A DNA stretch of 63,947 nt, the filler included, from Licmophora abbreviata (Eukaryota), in NCBI GenBank assembly GCA_900291995.1. It is 24 parts of 24 records of this genome, joined end to end, with 100 filler letters (N's around TTAATTAATTAA, not from the genome) between each part and the next. Parts side by side here need not be neighbours in the genome. Positions count along the whole stretch, not along the records: positions 7,250 to 12,362 come from OLMU01006283.1; positions 12,463 to 14,264 come from OLMU01006284.1; positions 14,365 to 17,386 come from OLMU01006287.1; positions 17,487 to 25,116 come from OLMU01006288.1; 20 more parts are not named here. One strand, given 5' to 3'. Below are positions 10,798-21,086 of this stretch, in pieces; the first letter of the stretch is position 1, and the number at the start of each line of letters is the position of its first letter. A model generated the notes under the pieces. It was not told the DNA's origin. It did no database searches and saw only the letters and a program-made list of their open reading frames with translations. Made by a program: the position numbers and the translations under genes.

Positions 10798-12097
10798 CTA
10801 ATGTCTTGCGTTTAGTAATCCACCTCTTCTCATCATTTCCGCATGAGTTCGATCCCCAACAGGACAGAAACTTGCCGCGGCCGTGTAGAGTTGAACCGCA
10901 CTGCTAGTGTACCATGGACTCGCAGCCAGAACATTTTCAGCAGCAACGGCTGGTCGTTCTTTCACTGCAGGATGATGAAAGCTATCAAACAAGCGCATCA
11001 AGTTCCGTTCCAGCATTGCCACAGTGACTTTTCCCACTGCTGGTACATAAACAACGCCGGGTATCTTGAGCAAGGCCTCCTTGTCCACATTCTTGAAGGA
11101 TGCGACATTGACAACCGTAGTATTGGGTTGAATCCATTCGGTCGGCAGACGGTAGGCTTTGGTAGGAACACCCGTCACCACCACGGAAGCCTTGCGGACA
11201 CAGGTCTCTGGCGTCGTGTCAGAGCTGCATTGAGTGAGTCGTCCTCCTCGAAACAAGTAGATGCTGTTGATATCAATGGAATAGACATCGGCACCATCGT
11301 TGGCCAGCATGGCAGCAAGAGGTCGTCCGACAATTTCGCTTCGATTAATGACGACAACCACATTTCCCTCCATACGCCGGCCAATGGGCTTGGACTGGTC
11401 GTAACATCCCGGACACTGTTCCAGAATCTTGACGACAGACAGGGCTGTACAAGGCAAAAGACACTTTTGGGTATTCGCGGGATAATCTAGGAATCTGACG
11501 TTGCGATACAGATTGGTTCGGTAGGTGTGACACAGTCCCTCCACATCACACTTGAATGACACAGTATCCCGCAGGTAATCATCCTGACTGGCTCCACTAA
11601 AACTCTCTTCCTGTCCAAAGATGGGATAGTAGACAATGATGCCGTGAACACGTGGATCTTCGTTTGCATCCACCAACGCATTCTCAACATCGATTGGGTC
11701 CTCAATGACTCGGAGGTCGTAACGCAAGCCGTCCGCACGGCAGGCCTTGCCGGTCCATTCCGCGTACTGCCTGGCGGAGGGGTCCTTGTTGGCCAAGAGA
11801 CCTACCAAGAGTGGCGCTTCTGTTTTGCGGTGTGGAGCGACGACGAACATGAGAAAACAAGCGGTTGGACACAGAGTTCCATCGGAGAGCAAAAGCTAGC
11901 TCAGCAGTAAATACGAGGAATTGGAACGCACCGATGCCTATTTTGTTGAGGTCTTTCACTCGTTCCTTGATTTCGGCTCGGAATGGCTTTGCCACAAGAG
12001 AAGCGTCGAAGACAGTGGATGTTTTCGTCGTTTTCGTCGTTTCGCCATCCTTCTGCGTGCCACTTTGAGTACTACCGCTCTTGTTGACTTCGCTCAT
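10798..12097 (-). CDS. MTD1: NAD-dependent methylenetetrahydrofolate dehydrogenase (MTD1-like, FolD family); exons 12097-11932 and 11819-10798
   Basis: Motifs ARQYAEWT, GIIVYYPIF, DVEGL, LPCTALSVVKILE, INRSEIVGRPLAAMLANDGA, VGKVTVAML as in yeast Mtd1. Intron GTGCGT(11931)..ACAG(11820) joins KIGI-E-APLL in frame. Confidence 0.88.
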
Positions 12098-12288
12098 AGT
12101 GGAATCGTTCGCTATGAGGAAGGATCAAAGAGAGAAAAGACCTCCAGACAACAACAAACCACGAACTGATGAACACTTCGAGTATCCTTCCTTCCATATC
12201 TTCCGCGCCATTCCGAATTTGAAATTCGGCTCGATTACATGAGTGGCCTCTCAAAGGTCGGTAGTCTGTCTGTCTAACCTCAAAGTGT

Positions 12289-12336
12289 ATCACGCGTGAT
12301 CCGTTCGAGGCTCGGTCTCTCGTGACTGAGTCAGTC
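12289..12336. promoter_or_regulatory. Two palindromes upstream of MTD1: ATCACGCGTGAT and GACTGAGTCAGTC (contains AP-1/GCN4-type TGAGTCA)
   Basis: Perfect 12-bp palindrome at 12289-12300 and 13-bp odd palindrome at 12324-12336, about 190-240 nt upstream of the ATG. Confidence 0.3.
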
Positions 12337-12462
12337 GAGTCGTGAACTGAGTTTCTTTTCATNNNNNNNNNNNNNNNNNNNNNNNNNNNNNNNNNNNNNN
12401 NNNNNNTTAATTAATTAANNNNNNNNNNNNNNNNNNNNNNNNNNNNNNNNNNNNNNNNNNNN

Positions 12463-14264
12463 GACTTTAGGAGAGACTTCATCTGCGTTTCCCCGTATAC
12501 GCCTCAGCTACTTGCTTGTAGCCATCATCATCATGGACATCCTCGCGAGCGCCCCTGCTCTCGCCCAACACACTTGGCCGTACCCCGTGCTCACGAGGTG
12601 CCATGAGCCTAATCAACGCCCCACTCGTGAGCGAGTCCTCCAGACCATTCTGGAAGTCAATGCGGATGCCGCTTCCGTTCAAACTTTCACCATGGCAGGT
12701 GCTCCCGGTTTCGGCCTCCTTGGCCTGACAGTAAGCCCCAACGAGTATCTTGCTGCCACTGGTCAACCATGGGCTCGACCTCCTCAGCTACCCAACCAGC
12801 CTGTCCTCCCACAGAATGCCACAGGTGCCATCATTGCCGAAACCAACCGTAGACATCAGCAAGAGTGGAATCAGTATAACCTCCTAGACCAAGAATGCCC
12901 TCAGGAACCAGCTCCTCAGCTCCGCCGACGACGTGTTCTGGTCGCCACTCCGCCAAACCATCACTGGATACGGGCGACGCAGCCCCCGCGAGTTTGTGGC
13001 TCATCTCACAAGTGAGTACGCCGATTTTGACGAAGCCACCTCGGACGCACTTCAAACCGCTATGGACGTCGCCTGGTCTGGTGCCCCTTTCGAGTATGTC
13101 ATCGCTCAGATCGAAGACGGTGCCCGTGCATTTGCAGAGGCCAATCAGCCTATGCCCGACCACCAAAAAATCATGAAGCTCTACACAATTGTCAAACAAA
13201 GTGGGCTTCTAGACTCCGCCTGCGAAAAATGGCGACTCAAAGAGCCAGTCTCCAAAACGTGGGCAGAGTGCAAGAATCATTTTGGAAAGTATGCAAAGGA
13301 CCGGGCGAGCATGGCCACCGCGAGCACCCAGGGATACGCTGCTCACACCGATGCGAGCGCACTCACCGATGCAACTGCGGCCCTGATTGAAGCCACTACC
13401 AACATGGCTTTGATGGCGAAGCAAGGAGGAACCTCGGGCGAGGACACCACCATTTTGAAACTACAGGCCGACCTGGCCATCACCAAAGCGCAGCTCGTGG
13501 CCCTCCAGGATCTCACCAACACTCGAGGCGGCCCCCGTCGTGGCAACCGTAAATTTCGAAAGCCACCGGGAAATCCAAAGAATCACCCATTCTATTGTTG
13601 GACACATGGTCACAATGCGACCCACGATGGCCCAGGATGCAAGCGCCCCGCCGAACACCACCGCAATGAGGCAACCGTTGCAAATCCAATGAACGGTTGT
13701 GGCTACGACCACGCCAGTGCCTGACCCAGCGGGACGGAAGAAATACAAGACAGCAGTAACGACAATAAAAACACTCCACCGTCTTATCCTTCCCCCTCCC
13801 CGCCTACGTTGTCGGCTCTTTCGTCAAGCCACCCACCCAAAGTCCCCACCGTGATTGATGCAGACCGTCGTCCAATTCTCGATTCTGGCACCACCGGTCA
13901 CTACTTCGTCCTCGACCCCACCACACCGGTGTTCGCCATAACAGACACCCCCACACCCTTGCAAGTCGGCCTCCCCGACGGCAACACCATGACCAGCAAC
14001 CAAGTAGGACAGCTGCGCATTCCCGGTCTCCCCTTGGCTGCCCAGACAGCACACCTATTTCCTAGTATGACTGCCTCCCTCTTGTCCGTCGCCCAACTTT
14101 GCGACCACGGGTGTATCGTCACCTTCATCAAAGATGCAGCAACCGTCCTGTACAACAACACAATCGTTCTGACAGCGGAACGCGACCCCGTTTCTCGCCT
14201 ATGGCGCGCCCAGCTTCAGCACTCTGCGTCCATGCCAGGCCCCAATATCATCCAGCACGCAGCC
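12463..14264 (+). mobile_element. Ty1/copia (diatom CoDi-type) fragment: gag 12533-13724 (frameshift near 12885), then in-frame protease 13725->14264
   Basis: Gag motifs ALRNQLL..DD..W..L....TGY and YCWTHG..H.G..C..P..HH..EAT..NPM.G; protease ILDSGTTGHY, LLSVAQLCDHGC.V.F, RDP..RLW. Confidence 0.85.
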
Positions 14265-14364
14265 NNNNNNNNNNNNNNNNNNNNNNNNNNNNNNNNNNNN
14301 NNNNNNNNTTAATTAATTAANNNNNNNNNNNNNNNNNNNNNNNNNNNNNNNNNNNNNNNNNNNN

Positions 14365-16159
14365 AGCAGCAACATTGGTGGAAACAGTGATTATTTGTGT
14401 ATAACTCAAAAACGGACCAGGATTACAACGGCGGAGGAACCAGAGGAAACGGGGCGGGGGAGGAAGAAGGCAAGACCACACAGGGGCAAACGAGGGCAGC
14501 GTAGAAGAGCTCACCGGCTGCCAGCAGGGTCGACCAGGAGCAATGAGGTGGCGCCAGCAACAGGGGGGGTTCCTGCGGATGAGGATTTCGGCGACGACAT
14601 GGCGAAACGACCGTCGGGCACCACACGCCTCGCGTTCGCAAATGTGGATAACTTCCCAGCGGTGTCCATCAACAACCCGAAAGTGATGGCACTTAAGGCG
14701 TTTGCACGGCAATGGGGGACAGACCTCCTGGCCGGATGCGAAGCAGGCCTAGCATGGAACAGGATGCCCGCCGCGGGCCGCCTTCCGCAGATGTTTCGGA
14801 CGGAATCAGCTCTCAAATCAGTCGCGGCGTACAACGAACACGAGACAACGGGGAGGAGGCAACGGGGCGGGACCTTCGTCCTAGCGTTTGGACAGACGGC
14901 GGCAAGGGCCACCCAAACCGGGCGAGATCCTTCAGGGCTAGGACGATGGGCGTGGATGCGCTTCCAGGGGAAGACAGGACTAGTCACCAGAGTCGTGGCC
15001 GCCTACCAACCTTGCCAGTCGGCGCGAGAGCAGCTCCTCAAAGTATACAACCAACAGGCACGATACTGGAGAAGCAAGCGGAGGACACGGTGTCCGAGGG
15101 AGGCATTCAAGGAGGACCTCGTGGCGGAACTGCGAGCGTGGAGAAGGCAGGGGGAGAGACTGATCTAATGGTAGACGCGAACGAGGACACGTCGTCGGGG
15201 CCCCTTCAACGCTTACTGGATACGGAGGGATTGGACATGAGGGAGCGCATCCAAGCAAAGCACCACCACCTGCCGACCACAGCTACATTCAACAGAGGAG
15301 GACGCGAGGGTCGACACCCGGTTGATGGCATCTTCACAACCCCGGATCTACCGATTGCACAGGGAGCTTGGCTGGCGGTTGACAAAGGGGTAGCCGATCA
15401 CCGCACAGGGATGATCGACATTCGCACAGATGTTCTCCTCGGCGAAGACACTCTCCGCATCGAACGCCCAAAGGCACGGAAATTGGCCTGCTCGGTCCCG
15501 AGATCAGTGACGAAATACGAAGCGTACGTGGAAGCCCAGTTCGCCCGACACCAGCTTCTACCCAAATTACACGACATCTACATCCACCGAGGCGCGGCGT
15601 TGGGCACAACGCACAAGGCAGATCTGAACCGGTTGGAACAGATTCGTACGGCAGAGATCATGCGAGCGGCAGAGAAGCGGTGTAGACAGCTGAGAATGGG
15701 CGACATCGACTTCTCACCGGAGATCAATCGGGCACGACAAACCAAGCTCCTGTGGCGTCTTATCGTGAAAAAGAAAGAAGGGGGGAAGGTCAATGCGTCA
15801 CTCATCCAGAGGAAAGCTAAGCTCTGCCACATCACTGGACCGATGGGCTGTACCCTCGACCAGGCGAAGGCGGCCTCACTGGAAGCGGACACAGCATGGC
15901 GGGATCTCAAGCCCCGAAGCGGCCCTTACCGACAGGCTTTCCTCCAGGAGAGGGCAACCAACCTGGAAGGACTGCTTTCCGCCGAGGAGCAAACGGCGGC
16001 AGAGAGACTCCTGCGCCAAGAAAAGCAACGCGACACGTACCGCCTCATCAACAGCGTCCTTAAGAAACGAGCGGCAGGAAGTGTGTCCAAGATCGAGGCC
16101 GCGGGCGAAGGGGGATGGGTTACACACGAGGACCAAGCGTCGGTAGAAGAGCATATCAT
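14365..16159 (+). mobile_element. Ambal-like LINE fragment: APE-type endonuclease and linker, frameshifted near 15165, interrupted at 16159 by an LTR element
   Basis: RLAFANVDN, DLLAGCE, QRGGT, DPSGLGRWAW, VVAAYQPC, LI-(fs)-MVDANE, VDGIF, ADHR, FSPE. Confidence 0.85.
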
Positions 16160-16333
16160 TGTTGGGAGATGTCTTTTTATCAATTCTAGGCGAAGAAAGC
16201 CTCTTGGGATCGATGACTCTCGCTGCAAAGGCGCAGCTCTCTCAAGCTCACTTCTATCGAATAATCTAGTAGACAACAGTGATTTAGTGTAGACTACTTC
16301 CGATCATCCTAGTGTTTGAGCTCACTTGCAACA
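16160..16333 (+). repeat. 5' LTR (174 bp) of a copia element inserted into the LINE
   Basis: Starts TGTTG and ends CAACA (5-bp terminal inverted repeat). LINE coding similarity stops at its left edge, and gag follows downstream. Confidence 0.8.
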
Positions 16334-16347
16334 TTATTCGATAGAAG
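16333..16347 (+). promoter_or_regulatory. Non-tRNA primer-binding site complementary to LTR nt 16251-16265
   Basis: ATTATTCGATAGAAG is the exact reverse complement of CTTCTATCGAATAAT; no TGG tRNA-type start. Confidence 0.75.
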
Positions 16348-16551
16348 CCCTCAGGAGCCGTATCGGAACATAGGAACGAGGTGGCCTTGATACAGGAACA
16401 TCATTGCCAGAGTAATTGTGCGGTCATTCTCAACGGACGAGAATCACGCCCAACGGTGCATCACATCACGCATCATCACATCACGACAACGATAGCAACA
16501 TCGACATCGTGAGACAAGTGAACAGCGTACACAAAGTAATCCTCTAACACC

Positions 16552-17386
16552 ATGAGTGCTAGAGGTGGACGCGGCCAAGGTGGCCGTAGCAGCGGTCGAG
16601 GACGTGGCCGCGGCAGGAACTACACCAGCCCGAGGAAGACAGCGAAGAAAGGACTTTGCGAAGCACTCGGAGCGAACGTGTTCGATTACGGACAGAAGGC
16701 GTCGGCAGACCTCATGCGAACTACATGGGAGAAGTTGGTACAATACGTCGGCACCAACTACGGAACAGAGATCAACGAGGAGTTGAAGACGAAGACGAGA
16801 GTAACGATTCCAGCACCAGCACCAGCATACAACGCATCAATCATGACGCGCCATGCAGCCAGGGAAGCAATGGTTCGAGCAGGTCAGAACAACATCCAGG
16901 CGGTTCGCAGGACAAAGCTTGCAAGGCTTCAGGCAGTAGACCCCGAAGTCGACCCGGATGTTGACATCAAAGTGGCAAACCTCATGAACGAGATCGCCGA
17001 GACAGAATATGAGATGCAACAGGACATTCCCATCAAGCTGACGGAAAGTGAGAAGTCAGAACGGGACAGCGAGCTCCGCACGTATCGTGAACTCCAGAAC
17101 CAGCTGAAGAAGCAGCGTGGTCAAGTGTTCAATCTCATGCACGGTCAGTGCACTCAGTTGCTCCAGGACAAGATGAAGCAGGATCTTGACTGGCATGCAA
17201 CCAACTCGTCGAACGATCCACTCACCCTTTACCGATTGATCGAGAAGACGGTACTAGCTCAGACGGAGGATCAATACCCGTTTGCGACCGTCTATGAACA
17301 GGAAACAGGACTGTATTCCTTTCGTCAGGACTCCCTGACCAATCCAGAGCTACTGGAAAGACAAGGAGTGTTACAAGTGTGGTCAG
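16552..17386 (+). CDS. Copia (CoDi-type) Gag N-terminus, truncated by gap
   Basis: RGG-rich start; G.CEALG.NVFDYG...AD.M..TWE.LV.YVG..YG; GQCT.LLQDKMKQD..W; DPL.LY.LIE. Confidence 0.8.
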
Positions 17387-17553
17387 NNNNNNNNNNNNNN
17401 NNNNNNNNNNNNNNNNNNNNNNNNNNNNNNTTAATTAATTAANNNNNNNNNNNNNNNNNNNNNNNNNNNNNNNNNNNNNNNNNNNNCCCAGGATGAGCGA
17501 AACCTTCTCACAGATCACAGTGCACAGCCCATCATCGCTTCCTCGTTCCATCC

Positions 17554-20500
17554 ATGGTGCTTTCTCGGATCACACGCTCCCCGGCGAGCCCCACGGGCCC
17601 TGGACCACCTCTCTTTTCTCCTTCTCTCTACGCTTTTCTTCGGAAGGACTCATCCTTTTTCGATTCCACTTTCGTTTATCTCTTTCCCTCCTCCTTCTGG
17701 TTACCCGCCTTTGTCTCGGCTCCGCCACCTCCAATTCGTGCATCTCCCAACCCCTCTGGCGCCCACTCTCACCCTTACCCCCTCCTTTCCCCCTCTCGGA
17801 TCCTCCCGCCACCCCTCCGGTTCCCTACTCTTATTCCCTCCTACCCCCCTCCCCCATTTTCCCTCTCCCGCTGGCCGTTCAGCTTCTTCCTACATTGGCC
17901 TTCGTTTCGCTCGGTTTGGACACTCCTTCGGATCCCATCGACAACACCACCATATTACTTAAGGGCTGCTGCCCTCTTTGTATCAATCCCTTATCCCACG
18001 AAACATTTATGGCTTTCCCACGCAGTGCTTCCCATACGCGCCCCCCACACTTATGCCTCCCCCCACCCATTGTGTACCTTTCTCCACAGCTTTCTACACA
18101 AGTCCCTCGTTCCACACCGCACTCTTCCCCCCTCCTTCACCCATGCTTCATTCCCGCGTTACCCCAGCACCCGCGACACCCACACCTCATTCCCACGTTA
18201 TTCCACCCGTGACTCACCGCTTCCTTCCACACACAACCCCCCTCGGTATTCCCTAACTCCCACACGCGACACCCAAGCCTCATCCCCGCGTTGTTTCACT
18301 CGCGACTCACTTTCCCTTCCCGCTCGCGACTCCTTTTCGAACTCACTCACTCACATCCAACACGCCTCCTCACAATTTTCATTCTTTCGCGTCGCTCCTT
18401 CCTTCTCGCTCAACACTATGCCGGACGACACCTTCTCCCCTTTCCAACACCCTTTCCCACCGCTTCTCCCGCCTGACGGCCCAGCTGATTTTCGTTGCCT
18501 CGATGCCCGCCTCCACCTACAGGACAGGTTTGGGCTTTCTCCTCCGGCCACCGAATTTTCCCTGGATGATTTGTCCGCCATCATTACCAAGTCTATCCGC
18601 GCTCACACTGACCACCTGGAAATGGACCCCACTGCTCTGGTCTATGACGTCTCTTCCGGCCCCATCCACCAGGAACAAATCTCATCCCGCCCCACCTACT
18701 GCCAACGCTTCCGTATCATTTTAGCACCCGCTCCCACCGAAGACCAATACGACAGCGGTGTCTTCGAAGACGTCGTGGTCGCGCTTGTCACCCAACGTTG
18801 GCACCACTTTCACCCCAACGACCCCCCACTTCACATCGCTCCCACCCCCACCCACCCTCTACCAACCTGTGGGCACCGTTCTTGGATCTATTCCTCCCAC
18901 CCGTCAACACATACGAACACCGTCTGCACGGTCTCCTACTTGGTCCGGCTCCCCCTCGCTTCGGAACGTCTTTTCGCGCTCTGCAGGGTCTACTCTACAC
19001 CATCTGGGAGCAACACGCCGCTTATCAAGACACCCTAGCAGAGTTCTCATCCTCCCCTCCACCAGCAGCGGTCTCTCTTGGTATCGATTACTTTGATTTC
19101 TCTCGCTTCCTGGGCCTTCGCGTCTTGTCTCGCTACGGCCCCAAACAACTCGCTTTCTATGGAGTGCACGCACAGTCTCCTGCACATTTCAAGCTTTTCT
19201 CCTCTTTCCTTGGCTCCCAAAATTTGTCTTACTTTGGCGTCCCAATCGGGGTCGAGTCCATTTCGACGCCACATTCCCTCTCCGTTGCCACCACTGAGCA
19301 AATGGCCATCTCTGCCCAACTCCACCCTGATCACACTTTCTGGCGACCGCTGCCCCTACGCATTCAACTCCAACAGGACATAGACCGTATCCTGGGTCTC
19401 GCGGCGGTTCGATGCCTCGCTCCTACCTTCGATGATGACAGTGCGCTCCCCACCGGCTGGCAGGTCGGCTTCTATGTCACCCAAACCACACTCCGCCTCG
19501 GCCGCACTAACTCCCTATGCAACCTCATCCCTTCGGACCTACTCATGCGGGACCCGCCACCCTCTGGCGCAAGCGGCAAACAGCCCACTGTCCCATCACC
19601 TTCCCGCTCCAACCTGCTAGCTGACTCTCCCAGCTCCAAGAACTCTCTTCGTTCTCATCGGTCCGTCCGCTCTGCTCGCTTCCAGGCGTTTATTGCGGGC
19701 CATTCCCACCCCTCCTCTCACCATACGGACACGCCCGACCATGACACAGTGTCCACCACTGCATCTCTTGCCTCAACGACTTCCCCCAAACGACAACGCG
19801 CCACACCCACTCCTTCTACCCCACCTCCAAACACAAATGCCCAGCCTTCGCCTCCTTCACGCCGACCTCCTTGCCACTGTACCCCCGGTTGCTATTCTCG
19901 GGTAGCTTCTTTACCTTTCACATGTCCCTTTTGCAATTGCATCCACCGAGCAGACGGATCAATTTCGTTTCAACCCATCACTCCCGATCCCCTTTCTCCC
20001 TCTCTGCCCGCATGCCCTCCCCACGCGCGGTCTTCCACCAAGGACTCTTCTTCCACCCCCAGTATGGCCCCACACGACACTTCACCTTCGCTTGGTACAT
20101 CCCAGCCGTCTCCTCGACCTTCCCCGCGCTCTTCTCCTCGAACTACTCCCTATCCTCCTGCGCCTTCTTTTGGTCGTGACCCTGCTTCTTCTTCGTCTAC
20201 GCCCTCGCCCCCACAGACCGAGCCGTCAGATCCTGCATCGTCTCCCCCCCTTTCGCCCCCTCGGACACAGACACCGGTTCCTGCATCACCTCCCCTCCTT
20301 TCCTCTGTGGCTCGAGCCCACCCACAACCTATTCATTCGGCCATCACTGATCCCCCACGCATGCCTCCTGCGGAACGCCCCTCCTCGCCTATGACCATTG
20401 ACTTTCTTGACGACGACAGTCACTCCACCATTCAAAACACTGCCTCGTCTTCCCCAAGCGACACCTCTGTCGACCTTCTCATCGACTCAGAAGACCCGCC

Positions 20501-21086
20501 GTATACCCAGGACTCATCCACTCCCCCAGATCCATCGCTTCGCCCCAGTCAATTCACAGTTGAATCCACCTCTCCACATCCATCCCCGGAAAGCCTCCTG
20601 CCCGTTTCACTGCAGCTGGATCACATTTCGCCTCGGGACAAAGCCATCCTCGGTCGTCTAATGTCTCGCTGCACTTTGCACCGTCGTCACCTCACCTGGT
20701 TCCGTACCTTGGCTCACATTGGCACTAATCCCGACACACACTCCCTGTTCCCTCTACCTTGTTTACAAAACTTTGTGGATGCGCTTCACCCTCCGACCCC
20801 TGGTTACAAGGTCGATCTCTCCGACACTTCTACACATCTATTACAGCTTGCCCACAATCCGACAGTGGCGCCGCATTTCACGATCAGGGATTTTTCTTGC
20901 TTTTTATCGGAGATTACTTTACCTACAGTTTCATCCACTACATCGGTTGACCATCCCCCAGAGACAGCAGACCCAGTTACCGACCCCATTCCTCAGCACG
21001 TCACCACCACCACTACGTCCCCCATTTGTACCCAGCTACCGCGCCACGACAACGATTCCGATGGCCCGGCAGCGAATGCAACATGA
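17554..21086 (+). CDS. CRE copy A ORF1, unknown protein (frameshift near 18845; alternative start ATG 18418)
   Basis: Blocks shared with copy B: PTGPGPP, SPF.H.FPP.LPPDGPADFRCL.ARLHLQDRFG, WAPFLD.FLPPVNTYEH, C.C..GCY...PFTCPFC...H, AANAT-stop. Confidence 0.7.

Noticed and set aside
12160..12200. CTGATGA as a hammerhead ribozyme core
   Set aside because: No correctly placed GAAA or flanking stems were seen; the other CTGATGA hits I noticed lie in coding sequence.
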